From NCBI GenBank assembly GCA_963662285.2, contig CAXXMV010000008.1, forward strand, positions 1,184,001-1,248,000: a stretch of 64,000 nt of DNA. Reading direction: 5' to 3'. The translations under genes were made by a program, and so were the position numbers. Source of the DNA: a bacterium. Lineage in GTDB: Bacteria; Hinthialibacterota; Hinthialibacteria; Hinthialibacterales; Hinthialibacteraceae. Positions 10,012-20,028 of the stretch are shown here, piece after piece. Under the pieces are notes generated by a model. The model saw only the letters and a program-made list of their open reading frames with translations, was not told the origin of the DNA and searched no databases. Position 1 is the stretch's first letter, and every line of letters begins with the position of its first letter.

Positions 10012-11888
10012 GAAATCTCAATGGTTTAGAAACAACCTTAGAGCGCGTCGGGCGGATACTGTCTCACAAATACAACATCACTGTCCGGTGCAAAGCCAAT
10101 GAATGCAAGACCGATGGCCGCACCATCTGGCTGCCGGCGCTTCCGGACAACATTTCGATGTCGCTTTGGACGCTGATTCGCGGCGAGCTCGATCACGAGA
10201 CTGCCCATATCCTGTATAGTGACTTCGCCGGCCAAATGAAAGGATTCAAACAGAAATGGGGCGACTTTGGATTCGATCTGCTCAACGTGATTGAGGATGT
10301 TCGCGTCAATTACGCCATGCAGAAAGAATACCCCGGCTCACGGCAAAACATCATGCACAGCATTGATGAGATCACTAAAACCCATCCCATCACGCAAATG
10401 CCGTTGCCTGTTCGCTTCCTTTGCGGCCTATTCCTTGCCGGAATGGGACTCTCGTATGACCAGTACGACAAAGAGGCTATCGAATTAGTTAAACAATTCA
10501 AAAGTGAAGCGGAGCGATTCAAATCCCTTCGTAGTACCGATGAAGCTTGTGAGATGGCGGAAAACATCCTTGAACATCTCATACACCAAGCAGAACACGA
10601 AAGCCAATCATCCGATACTCAGCAATCAAAGGGGAAGCCAGGAAAACAAGATTCATCATCCCAATCCTCTTCCTGTGAAGCCAATCAACAATCACCAGAG
10701 GGAAATCAGCAACCTTCACAAACCAGTTCATCCAGTGGTGAAGAACAATCCAGCAACCGTCAAAATGGCGCCAATGATCATCAGGATGATCCTGGAGATC
10801 AACAAGATAGTTCTCAGTCGAATGCACATTCGAGCTCGAACAGCAGTCAGAAAAGAGAACCTGGATATGGAAATACAGGCTCCTTGGACCAGGTTTTATC
10901 GGGAGAGTACTCATCCGCTGGACATCCATTTGAGATGCAACAAACCATTATGGAACATGTCCAGGAAGAAGTTAGTCAGGGAACACACCAACAATACAGG
11001 GTATATGATCCATCCCTGGATAAAGTAGTCGTACCGAGAGCACTCGATAATGGGGAGACCTATCAGAACCTGAGCAATACCGTCCGGCCCCATGTAGGAG
11101 CTCTTCGCCAGCAGTTGATTCGGATATTGCGGTCTCGTGATACCCGATTTTGGGTAAGTGAGCAGGAAGAAGGACAGGTCAATAGCAAGAGGCTTTACGC
11201 GCTGCTCAACCAGGGCTCGAATAAAGTATTCCGACAGATCAAGGAATGTGAATCGGACTCCGTAGCAGTGTCCCTGCTTATCGATCTATCTGGATCGATG
11301 AATGGCCCCCGGATTCATCTTGCCCGCCAGGTCGCCATTCTGTTTGCCGAAACGCTCAACCAGCTGCGTCTCCCCTCAGAGGTGATCGGATTCACAACTG
11401 AACCGGCTAAGAGGACATTTTCCAGGTTACAGCAAGAGACGGGAATGGATATACAGGAACTCTCAAAACTCTATGCCAGGTATTTCCCTTGCGTCTATTC
11501 CATCTTCAAAGCATTTGAGGAACCGTTCCGGTTACTCAAACCTCGCGTTCCCGCCATGAACGCCTTGGAATACACACCCATCGATGACGCCATCCTTTTT
11601 ACCGCTAAACGTATCATCATAAGAAAGGAAACCAGGAAAATCATCCTCGTCCTGACCGATGGCGAGCCGTACAGCGGCAATCCAACCATGTTGCAATCCG
11701 TCATCAAGCATCTCGAAGAAAACCTGCTGAAATGCGAGAAGGCGGGAATCGAGTGCGTTGCAATCGGTATCCAGACCGAATACGTCAAGCGATTCTTTAA
11801 AGAATACGTTGTCGTTCAAAACCTGCCTGAACTCCCCAAGGCGTTTTACGCCAAGTTTTCGGAACTCCTACGCCGAAACCGCCAATAA
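10008..11888 (+). CDS. CobT-like HExxH-VWA protein
   Basis: TDGRTIWLP, DHETAH, NVIEDVRV, Ser/Gln-rich linker, VWA DLSGSM, TP, VLTDGEP; ATGA overlap with the AAA+ gene. Confidence 0.85.
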   Translation: MRNLNGLETTLERVGRILSHKYNITVRCKANECKTDGRTIWLPALPDNISMSLWTLIRGELDHETAHILYSDFAGQMKGFKQKWGDFGFDLLNVIEDVRVNYAMQKEYPGSRQNIMHSIDEITKTHPITQMPLPVRFLCGLFLAGMGLSYDQYDKEAIELVKQFKSEAERFKSLRSTDEACEMAENILEHLIHQAEHESQSSDTQQSKGKPGKQDSSSQSSSCEANQQSPEGNQQPSQTSSSSGEEQSSNRQNGANDHQDDPGDQQDSSQSNAHSSSNSSQKREPGYGNTGSLDQVLSGEYSSAGHPFEMQQTIMEHVQEEVSQGTHQQYRVYDPSLDKVVVPRALDNGETYQNLSNTVRPHVGALRQQLIRILRSRDTRFWVSEQEEGQVNSKRLYALLNQGSNKVFRQIKECESDSVAVSLLIDLSGSMNGPRIHLARQVAILFAETLNQLRLPSEVIGFTTEPAKRTFSRLQQETGMDIQELSKLYARYFPCVYSIFKAFEEPFRLLKPRVPAMNALEYTPIDDAILFTAKRIIIRKETRKIILVLTDGEPYSGNPTMLQSVIKHLEENLLKCEKAGIECVAIGIQTEYVKRFFKEYVVVQNLPELPKAFYAKFSELLRRNRQ

Positions 11889-11929
11889 GCAGAATCCAAT
11901 TCAAACTCAAAACAAAAGGAGAATTTGTT

Positions 11930-12415
11930 ATGGATACGTCTGTCCATAATCCGCAATGCTTCGCCCTGTTTGATCCTATCGCGCCGGAATGCGCTTCCTG
12001 CGGGATTCAAACAGATTGTATGAGAGCGCAAGAGAAGCGTGTTAATATCCATGCTTCCGAGTGCTCTAAGCAAACACCCAGTACAACGGCCACACCGAAG
12101 GCAAATCCCAAACCCCAAAGAAAGAAGGCTCAACCCCAGTACCAAGCCACATCTTCCAATTACCCTGCGACTGGCGATGAACAATACATCCCTGAACACA
12201 CCCGCAAGCCACTGGAAATACCGCCAGTTGGATCACGGATCAAGACTTTCTACAGGGGCGAATCCTATGAAGCCCTCATCGTGGATGATCCTTCTAACAG
12301 CCGTTCGGATGGTCGATCGATTCTGTTCAACGGAACCGTCTATCGAACGCTCACCGCAGCCGCGCATGCCATCGCCCCCGGAATAAACTCCGGATCGGTG
12401 TGGCAAGAAGCATAA
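11930..12415 (+). CDS. Cys-rich N-terminus plus RAMA/DUF2924-like DNA-binding domain
   Basis: CFALFDP...ECASC...C; C-terminal YRGESYEA...ILFNGTVYRTLTAAAHAI...SGSVW; AGGAG SD. Confidence 0.65.
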   Translation: MDTSVHNPQCFALFDPIAPECASCGIQTDCMRAQEKRVNIHASECSKQTPSTTATPKANPKPQRKKAQPQYQATSSNYPATGDEQYIPEHTRKPLEIPPVGSRIKTFYRGESYEALIVDDPSNSRSDGRSILFNGTVYRTLTAAAHAIAPGINSGSVWQEA

Positions 12416-12431
12416 AACCAATTGAAAGGAT

Positions 12432-12561
12432 CAAAATCATGAATAACAACGGAAACAAATCAACAATAAGCAAATCGAATCGCAACGTAGGCCCTGGTCT
12501 TCGAGACATCCTAACGGAACAATCGATCTTTGATAGCAATTTCAATGATCTGCAAGAACAC
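12432..12561 (+). repeat. Copy 1 of a diverged ~130-bp direct repeat
   Basis: CAAAATCATGAATAACAACG...AAATCGAATCGCAA...GAACAATCGATCTTTGA...CAAGAACAC is shared with 17746-17869. Confidence 0.85.
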
Positions 12562-12789
12562 GTTAAAGCTGCCCGTATAGGTGCTGCGATCCTGGAACTG
12601 ATCGATATCGTCGAAGCCAAATACCAGCCGGTCATATTCAAAAGTGTGGCCGCCTATCGGGCCGTGTCTCAGGAAGAATCGACTGAAGAGATTGGACGTA
12701 AACTCACTGAACTTGAACGGCAAAGGACACAGCGGGTAAGAGAAACACTAAAGCCGAAAAGACGGTGGTATTATTTGTTCCTGCGATAA
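12439..12789 (+). CDS. Hypothetical protein
   Basis: AAGGA SD before ATG 12439; ends KRRWYYLFLR; a diverged second copy at 17753 differs mostly at synonymous positions, supporting coding status. Confidence 0.7.
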   Translation: MNNNGNKSTISKSNRNVGPGLRDILTEQSIFDSNFNDLQEHVKAARIGAAILELIDIVEAKYQPVIFKSVAAYRAVSQEESTEEIGRKLTELERQRTQRVRETLKPKRRWYYLFLR

Positions 12790-12808
12790 AGATATCTTCA
12801 ATGCATTG

Positions 12809-12836
12809 AAGGGGATGAAAGATTCCCCTTTTTTTT
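12809..12836. terminator. Terminator between convergent genes
   Basis: AAGGGGA...TCCCCTT followed by a T-run. Confidence 0.7.
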
Positions 12837-12867
12837 GGGGATTATTGTCTATATGGAAAGGAAATAG

Positions 12868-15800
12868 TTAAAACATGTATTGTTTATAAACACGATGTAT
12901 CATTTTTTCAAGTTGAGATTGATCTAGTAACTCATGTCCAGGCAATGTAATTAAAAAGGAATTTATTTGAGCGCGAGTGTCATCAAGGCTCATGACAGAC
13001 CTTTCTTCAAGAAATCCTTCATCTATAAAAAATTCTCTTAAGTCTTTACATTTATCCTTACGAAATCCAGCGACTGTTTGGTTCTCCAATTCTTGGATCA
13101 ACTTCTGAGCGTCTCCATCCTGATGTTTGGTTAAGTTGCTAACTTCATCAAGAAATCGGTCACTTACCGCTCCGGAATCCATTAACGCAGAGCGATCAAC
13201 AGGCTTGCCTCTCCCTACCCTTAAGCAGCGTGCAAGCACCTCAAAAACCTTACTCATCGCAACTGCACGTTTATAAATTCGAGAATCATCTGCTACAATT
13301 TGATACCCATATTCTTCCCCTAAACTTTGTAATTGACCCCAACGATTCAATCCTCGATCCAACAATCGGCAGAGCACATGAGGATCATCGATTACATGCC
13401 AAAGATGCATATTTCCGATAGGCTCCCAGGGATTGAATTCGGGGGCGCCTAAAAGTCTCCCATATTCTTCATGACTGCATTCACCAGGGTCGGGCGAATG
13501 ATAATGTTGTGGAGAAGGAAGATCGAACTGAGGGAGCCTTTCGGAATCCAAGAAGTTACGCACCTCTGCCAGATCAATGGGTTTATGTGGGATCCCACTA
13601 TCCTGCAATGTATATAACCATTTTCCCACTTCATCATGTTGAGCGGTGAAATAAAAAATTTGCCGTCCAGCGCGACACAATTCTAATACCGAATCAATGA
13701 TGGTTTGCGCCCGTATATCATCGCTATTACCCAAACTCTCATCCATAAGCAAGGGAAGCATTAATCCCGTTTCTTGTCGCTCAACAAAAGCCAAGCGAAC
13801 CGCCATCATAATTTGAAGTCGGGTTCCGCTTGAGAGTTCCTCCAGGGATTGCCCTTTTTCAAGTGATGTATCAAACGCTCTAAAAGAAGGAGTGTTTTGG
13901 TTATCGAGAAGTAGGCGATAACGCCCTCGAGTGATTTTTAAGAAAATGCGTTGCGCGTGGTGAAAGACTTCTGGCAAGTTGCTGGATCGATTGGATTTTT
14001 CAATCTCGTTTACCAATAGTGAACCTACTAAGGATATGTAATTTTTTTCACGCTCATGACGCAGTTGTTCCAGAATGGTTTCATCTTTAATTAGTGTACG
14101 TTCAATATCATCCTTGTTTTTTGCATCTTCTATAGCTCGTCTGATTCCTCCAATGTGATTGTTTAATTCATCCAATCGTGCTGCCATTTCCTGTTGTTGT
14201 ACGAGTTCATTATTCAGGTCGTCTTTGTCTCGCTCTCGCAATTCAGGATATTTTGTGAGCGATTCATAAGATTGCCGCTCTTCATGTTCGGCCAGTTTCA
14301 ACTCGTCTTTGGCGCTTAAGTATTCATCTAGGTTTCGGCAATATTCGTGCAGGGTCACTTCATCTCCCTGTTGGATTTCTACTGTCTCGAACAAAGTGTT
14401 ATATTCAATTTTCAGTTCTTCCATCTCCTTTTGATTGTCTTTCAATTTCTGCGTTGCCATACGGAAGGATCCTTTAGCCTCATTAAACGATTCGCGCCGT
14501 GAGTTCAATTCATCAATGGCTGCCATGGCTTCTTCTACGGTTTGCACTGTTTTGTTCGAATAAGGTGATAGATCCTGTTGTACTGCGTCTAGGCAAGTTG
14601 CATATTGTTCAATAGCATTTTGTCTTTCAGATTCCAAAGCATTTTGCTGATCGTGAGCCCGTTGCCAATTAACGATGTTGGCAATTAAGTGAGTAAGATG
14701 AGCATCAGGCATTGCTTCCACGGAAAACCTGAGGGCTAATCCAAATTTTTGTAGCAGACGGTTTCGTTCTTCTCGTAAGGAATCGAGTTCTTGCTGATGG
14801 TTATCGATCTTCTCCTGCAACTGCACCCATCTCATTGCCTTTTCCTGATCAACATTCATTTCAGCGAGTTGTTTATGAAGAAGCCTGGATTTTTGCATAA
14901 CACTTTTAATAGACCACGTCTCAGGCGGTTCCAATTCTAATTCTTCATATTCCTTTCGCCAATCAAGCCTTTTTTGCCGGTTAGGATGGGCAGAAAAAAT
15001 CCAGCCAAATAACACAAGACCCAAAAAAATCAAGACGCCTTCTAGCACCATCGTATAAGGTGGGGCCAAGATCGGAACATCCAACCAAAGCAGAACACAG
15101 CCAGCTGTAAGCATTGCTCCAGCGATCATCATGCCTAGCAGAAACCAACGATAATCCAATAGGCCGTTTCCCTCTGTAGCGTTCAGCCAGCGTACCAATA
15201 TATCAACGCCTTGTTGAACTTGTTGAAGCAAAGAATGCTTTTCAATATCCCCTACCCATTGTTTTAATTCGCCTTCCGCGAGCTGCTTTGCGCGGCACAT
15301 TTCTGCTTTCCGGGAAAATTCTACAAACTCATCCAGCGCAGATTGATCCAAACTTTCAAGACTTTCTAAATCAATGGAGGGATCAACACGCTTCCTTGCA
15401 TCCTTTTCCAAACGTTTTGACTTATCAATTTCTCGATTTAATCGATCTATTTCATGTTGAATGCTTTGCAAACGGTTGGCCCGTTTTCGCAGTTGACCTA
15501 AAAGATGTTCTGGTACACCATCTTCCGGTAATTGGCATTCTTCTAATTGCTGTTGAGCATCAGCGATATCATGTTTAGCTTGCTGAATCTTTTCCCGTCT
15601 TGATTCTCGCCCATGTTTGTTTTTCTCCAGGCGTTTGATTTCATCACCGATCAGCTGATCCATACCACGCGGATAGGTCTGAAAACGATCCAACGCCTTA
15701 TGTTTCTTTAATCGGCCTTCATGGTAATCAATTGCTTTCGTTAGCCATTCGGAACGTTCCTGCGCTGTACGCGCCTGGTATCGTTCTTCTTTAAGTTTTT

Positions 15801-16350
15801 TCAATTGATTTTCTTCTTCTCGTAGTGACTGTTGAGATTGCCGAGCAGTATGTAATTCTATTCTGACTTTTTTGAGTTCGCTCAATAAACTTTGAGGTCT
15901 CGATATTTTTTCTGAAAAGCGTAGTGAATCACCTGCCTGCCGTACGTCATATCCACCTGCTGCTTCACGAATTATTTTTTCGGCAAACGTTAGATTCCTG
16001 TCTTCAATTAACTCGTGCAAAGCTAGATAATATCGATTTCGGACATCCGAACCAGGAAATCCACGAGGAGATTCGGAGTCGATGCCATTGCACTGATAGT
16101 GAAATTTGTTCACATCCAGTTCTACTATCCACTCATCATTATCGATATCTACCCAACCAATCACAGATGGACGAAGAGGACTCATTGTATCTGGCCATAG
16201 CAAAAGTTGGATTGCACGAGCAGTCGTACTCTTTCCGGAAGCGTTCGGTCCATAGACCAAATTTATTCCTGGACTTAATGCATCAAGAACAAAGCCACCA
16301 TTCTCAAAACCAGGCATACGGCGTATGTCAATCTTTCGAAAGTGCATCAC
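12868..16350 (-). CDS. YhaN/SbcC/Rad50-like ABC-type ATPase with long coiled coil
   Basis: GPNASGKS, coiled coil with two hydrophobic helices at the apex, LSSGT signature, LLMDES...SDD, FTAQ. Confidence 0.9.
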   Translation of the reverse strand: MMHFRKIDIRRMPGFENGGFVLDALSPGINLVYGPNASGKSTTARAIQLLLWPDTMSPLRPSVIGWVDIDNDEWIVELDVNKFHYQCNGIDSESPRGFPGSDVRNRYYLALHELIEDRNLTFAEKIIREAAGGYDVRQAGDSLRFSEKISRPQSLLSELKKVRIELHTARQSQQSLREEENQLKKLKEERYQARTAQERSEWLTKAIDYHEGRLKKHKALDRFQTYPRGMDQLIGDEIKRLEKNKHGRESRREKIQQAKHDIADAQQQLEECQLPEDGVPEHLLGQLRKRANRLQSIQHEIDRLNREIDKSKRLEKDARKRVDPSIDLESLESLDQSALDEFVEFSRKAEMCRAKQLAEGELKQWVGDIEKHSLLQQVQQGVDILVRWLNATEGNGLLDYRWFLLGMMIAGAMLTAGCVLLWLDVPILAPPYTMVLEGVLIFLGLVLFGWIFSAHPNRQKRLDWRKEYEELELEPPETWSIKSVMQKSRLLHKQLAEMNVDQEKAMRWVQLQEKIDNHQQELDSLREERNRLLQKFGLALRFSVEAMPDAHLTHLIANIVNWQRAHDQQNALESERQNAIEQYATCLDAVQQDLSPYSNKTVQTVEEAMAAIDELNSRRESFNEAKGSFRMATQKLKDNQKEMEELKIEYNTLFETVEIQQGDEVTLHEYCRNLDEYLSAKDELKLAEHEERQSYESLTKYPELRERDKDDLNNELVQQQEMAARLDELNNHIGGIRRAIEDAKNKDDIERTLIKDETILEQLRHEREKNYISLVGSLLVNEIEKSNRSSNLPEVFHHAQRIFLKITRGRYRLLLDNQNTPSFRAFDTSLEKGQSLEELSSGTRLQIMMAVRLAFVERQETGLMLPLLMDESLGNSDDIRAQTIIDSVLELCRAGRQIFYFTAQHDEVGKWLYTLQDSGIPHKPIDLAEVRNFLDSERLPQFDLPSPQHYHSPDPGECSHEEYGRLLGAPEFNPWEPIGNMHLWHVIDDPHVLCRLLDRGLNRWGQLQSLGEEYGYQIVADDSRIYKRAVAMSKVFEVLARCLRVGRGKPVDRSALMDSGAVSDRFLDEVSNLTKHQDGDAQKLIQELENQTVAGFRKDKCKDLREFFIDEGFLEERSVMSLDDTRAQINSFLITLPGHELLDQSQLEKMIHRVYKQYMF

Positions 16351-17654
16351 AGGTTGTCCTCCCTTTGCGCAAGGAGACTCTCCAGAAGCAAATACCCTTC
16401 ATTAATCAGCATCTGACGAGCCAAAGATTTTGATGGATAATCTTCTTGCATTGCAATATCTGAAAATGCGTTATTACGAAAGACCTGCTCAATACGTTCA
16501 TGAGCATTGTGGATCAGATTAACAAACTGAGTTGGGTTGGTAGATTCCAAATCGATTATCATCCGGGCTAATATTCCAGGAGGATCGTTGGATCTTGATA
16601 ATTCATCCAGATTGAGAGTTGGGCGGGTCTGATTTTCGATTTTTTCGATTCGCACAGGAATTCCCGAATGTTCCAGGGAAAGATCTTCCTGCATTCTTTG
16701 AGACAACTCAAAAAGCTGAGCATACAATTGCGTTCGCCCTGTGAGTTGGATACGAAACAGTAGCAATTCTAAAGGACCGAATTCTGTATGGTGCTGCTCG
16801 ATAAAGTTCCGAATTGATTCAGTGCATTTCCAATCCCAGTCTTCACGGTTTACAACGTCCGTAAGGTCTATTGTAAGGTTCTGGTAACGTACATTCGAAA
16901 GAGGGACTTTTTCTATCTTTACGATCTTCTGGTTGCATAGTTCAAGAAGCCAAGGTCCATGTGTACCGATTTCTCCAGGATCAAGTGCTTGTGGGGAGCC
17001 GGGAATTAAAATCGATGGCAATCCTGCTTCTTGTAAAAGATTAGGAATATGAGTATGGCCGACTACCCATAATACAACCGGTACTTGCATTAATTCACGT
17101 CGTTGTACGGGTGCATAGTTGCTTTGGACTTGATCCACATCGGCATGCAATAAACCTATCGTTGGGACAGGATTTATTGCGTCCGATTCTAGCGATAATA
17201 AGGGATTTATTTTTACGTGTTCAGATGGAAATGACCATCCAATAATATTAAGAGGACCTTTCTCATTATTTGAGATGGAATGTTGCTCCCATTCACCACC
17301 TTTTCCAAGCAAGTGATAAAACTCTGTTCCCACATAGGATTCCAAACGAAAAAGAACGTCGTAATCGTGGTTGCCAGCAATTGCAACAGTGTGGATATTA
17401 TTTTCAGCAAGGAGTTTCAAACCCGATTCAAGCGGTCCAAAGGCCTCATAATAACGATTCTCATGATCAACAATATCTCCAGCCAATAACAACACATCCA
17501 CTTTATTTTTGATGGCGCGATCAACGATGAAATTCCACATATTCGCTGCCGAGAATTGTTTTCCTTCTAAATCGGAGGGAATTTTGGTGGAGCGCCTACC
17601 AATGTGGATATCAGCTGTACATAAGATTCTCATATTGTATTTCTCATTGTTCAT
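16347..17654 (-). CDS. YhaO/SbcD/Mre11-like metallophosphoesterase nuclease
   Basis: ADIHIG, AGDIVD, GNHD, GLLH, GHTH, PGSPQ; overlaps the ATPase gene. Confidence 0.9.
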   Translation of the reverse strand: MNNEKYNMRILCTADIHIGRRSTKIPSDLEGKQFSAANMWNFIVDRAIKNKVDVLLLAGDIVDHENRYYEAFGPLESGLKLLAENNIHTVAIAGNHDYDVLFRLESYVGTEFYHLLGKGGEWEQHSISNNEKGPLNIIGWSFPSEHVKINPLLSLESDAINPVPTIGLLHADVDQVQSNYAPVQRRELMQVPVVLWVVGHTHIPNLLQEAGLPSILIPGSPQALDPGEIGTHGPWLLELCNQKIVKIEKVPLSNVRYQNLTIDLTDVVNREDWDWKCTESIRNFIEQHHTEFGPLELLLFRIQLTGRTQLYAQLFELSQRMQEDLSLEHSGIPVRIEKIENQTRPTLNLDELSRSNDPPGILARMIIDLESTNPTQFVNLIHNAHERIEQVFRNNAFSDIAMQEDYPSKSLARQMLINEGYLLLESLLAQREDNL

Positions 17655-17745
17655 AATATTAAGTATGAATCGGAATAGACTCTCCTAATTTCTCAAAATC
17701 ATTGCGAACTGTCAACCAAAAATTACGGTTGATAGATAAATTGGC

Positions 17746-17869
17746 CAAAATCATGAATAACAACGCCCAAAACAATCAGTAAATCGAATCGCAATGTAGG
17801 TCTGGCCTCCGAGATATTCTCGCAGAACAATCGATCTTTGACAGCACTTTCAACGATCTACAAGAACAC
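17746..17869 (+). pseudogene. Copy 2 of the repeat: frameshifted, truncated paralogue of the 12439 gene
   Basis: About 80% identity by eye to 12432-12561, with small deletions; similarity stops abruptly at CAAGAACAC (17869). Confidence 0.75.
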
Positions 17870-18706
17870 CGTTTGCCCATTCGCGTTTTTCAATGTATTT
17901 ACTACGGATTCCCGCATAGCAATAATGGATATTTCTCTGGAACCAAGCGAACGCGCTCCTTTATGGCTTGTGGTCGAAGTGATCAATTTGCCTTTGGATT
18001 TTTTATCAATTAACGAATAGAGCATCCAACAGAATGAGTGGGCATCAATCAGACGAACGGAATCAAGACCGGCTACTTCAGCAATGAGTGGGCGTAACCG
18101 ATCAAGTGTCTCATTGAAGGTCGAATAGTTCTCCCAACTGCACTGGCTGCGAGTCTTAAACTCGATTTCCAACTCATGAAACGCTCGATCAAAGCCGGTC
18201 GGGTGAATCGGCATGAACCGATCCATATCTTTGAGAAAAAACAGATAGGCCTGAAGTCGATATTTCTTCTTTGTAAGATTGCTAAATGTTTCAAATATCT
18301 CACCCTCATTTTCATTTCCGCGATAAAGCCCAAACAATAATGTCTCAATTTCGTGGCGAAGAAAGGGCTTTTGCTGAGCTTCCAGAAAAAGATAATGGAT
18401 CCGTTTCGCATGTCCGAAACGGTTCTGCCAATCAACAAGATTGTTGACCAAATCTCCAGACTGGATCTCAATCGCCTTAATCGTATTGCTCAGGATGCTG
18501 CCTGAACCTATAACGTCCTCGTTCCAGGTGTCATGAGCCAAAACGCTTAGAGCGTATTTTCTCACTCGCGGTTTATAGTTTTCCCAATCGGCAGCCGGGC
18601 CTTTATCAAAGCTGATGAAGGGATAACCAGATCGCTTTTTCACAAGATATTTGAAGCGGTCGAAGGCGTTTCGAACGGACTGAGGGTTAATCGTTGGATT
18701 GCTCAT
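17858..18706 (-). pseudogene. Restriction-associated protein, probably 3'-truncated (expected HNH C-terminus missing)
   Basis: WENYK, FLKDMDRFMPIHP, LIDAHSFCW motifs; the ORF runs into the repeat copy at NGQTV and stops. Confidence 0.55.
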
Positions 18707-19092
18707 CCAGCCTCCTCCAGTTCCACTTGGGCGGCGGCGTTGAGAACTTCGTAGAGGCTCGATTCAAGAAGACGTTGGCGGGTGGTGTCAGAATTATTAA
18801 GTTCGGCTTCCAGACGGTATGGTATTGTCGGTTTATTTATTATTTCTAATGAAAAAATTAAGGAATTAAGAATTTTATGCATTAAGCGCCAAATAGTTTT
18901 CTCATAATCAGATAAATGGTTATGAGGCATACCTGTGCGTTCAGCAATTTTCTCTAAAATGGATTCAAGTGAATCACCTGTTATAGTAATTCCTTTTGAT
19001 TTCCATTTTTCATCGAAAGGAAGAGAAATTTGATCCCATATTTCCTTCAAAATATCTTGTTTTGGAGTTTTTGTTCTTTTTCCATGTGGCAT
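18703..19092 (-). CDS. Chimeric hypothetical ORF whose C-terminal ~38 aa resemble a type I R-M HsdS tail
   Basis: AT-rich 5' part; GC-richer 3' part encoding RLEAELNNSDTTRQRLLESSLYEVL...ELEEAG. Confidence 0.5.
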   Translation of the reverse strand: MPHGKRTKTPKQDILKEIWDQISLPFDEKWKSKGITITGDSLESILEKIAERTGMPHNHLSDYEKTIWRLMHKILNSLIFSLEIINKPTIPYRLEAELNNSDTTRQRLLESSLYEVLNAAAQVELEEAG

Positions 19093-19094
19093 GA

Positions 19095-20009
19095 TTATTC
19101 TCCAATATGCTCAACAAACCATTCCCATAGATATTTCGTTGCGCCCTCTGCATCCACTTGTTTATTATCAATTTGTCTGTGAAACATTCCTAATTCACCT
19201 ATTTTCAAGAAAATTTCATAGCCATTATCTTCAACTGAGATTGAATCATTAAATGAATTATCATGATCGAAATCTAATGTATTCTCATTATAATAAATCT
19301 GCTCGCTGCCCATCATGCTGCCGATCCAGATTTTGCATGATTCCTTTGATTCTCCATCCACATATATTTTTGCATTAAATTTTGCGTTGGTGATATGGTT
19401 GATATCTGTTTCAACATGCTGATTTTCTGATTCAAGTGCTTTTAATGCTTGCTCAAAATATTTTTCTATATAATCAAATGAATCTCTTAAAAAACGATCT
19501 TTATCTCTTTGAGAGAATTTTTTCTTTATTTTTGTTTTAGGAATAGGAAGATTGTACACATCTGCTTCTTTGGATAGTTCAACATTATTTTCTAGCGGAT
19601 CTTGCTTTCCGAGTTTTTGGTTGATGATTTCAACAATCTTTTCTGGAGTAAAATCCCCATAATTTAAATATCCGATAGTCGCAGGTAATCCAGGAATCTC
19701 AGTATCATCAACTCGCAATGGCAAAATATATTCTCTGTTTTCTTTAAATGCCCTTGCTTGGGCATTTTGCCGTTCATGATTTGTCCAAGCCTTTTTCGAA
19801 TAGTGTTCTGAGATGATCATCAAGCAATATTGCGCTTTATTTGAATAAACATCTGCTAAATACTCGTATAAGTCCTTACCCCACAACTTAGCCAGTTCAA
19901 ATTCATCATAGAATACGCTTATATTCTCTTGCTTAAGCAAACGAGCAAGAGTCTCTGCAATATCTCTGTTTTCACCTGCAAAGGAGATAACTATATCGTA
20001 TTCTTGCAT
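19095..20009 (-). CDS. TIR-domain protein with uncharacterised C-terminal domain
   Basis: YDIVISFAGE, VFYDEFE, SEHYSKKAWTNHE (candidate catalytic Glu), ILPLRVD; GAGAGG SD before ATG 20009. Confidence 0.85.
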   Translation of the reverse strand: MQEYDIVISFAGENRDIAETLARLLKQENISVFYDEFELAKLWGKDLYEYLADVYSNKAQYCLMIISEHYSKKAWTNHERQNAQARAFKENREYILPLRVDDTEIPGLPATIGYLNYGDFTPEKIVEIINQKLGKQDPLENNVELSKEADVYNLPIPKTKIKKKFSQRDKDRFLRDSFDYIEKYFEQALKALESENQHVETDINHITNAKFNAKIYVDGESKESCKIWIGSMMGSEQIYYNENTLDFDHDNSFNDSISVEDNGYEIFLKIGELGMFHRQIDNKQVDAEGATKYLWEWFVEHIGE

Positions 20010-20028
20010 TAAAAAACCTCTCTTCAAC

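Noticed and set aside
10600-10900. Low-complexity Ser/Gln-rich stretch as a repeat element
   Set aside because: An ordinary disordered linker in CobT-like VWA proteins; no discrete DNA repeat unit
8914-11888. Cobaltochelatase cobS/cobT for B12 synthesis
   Set aside because: No cobN or other cob genes; the Zn-finger AAA+ and mobile context fit the phage/ICE-type paralogues
19095-20009. Thoeris system
   Set aside because: No ThsA (SIR2/SLOG or Macro-TM) partner in the window
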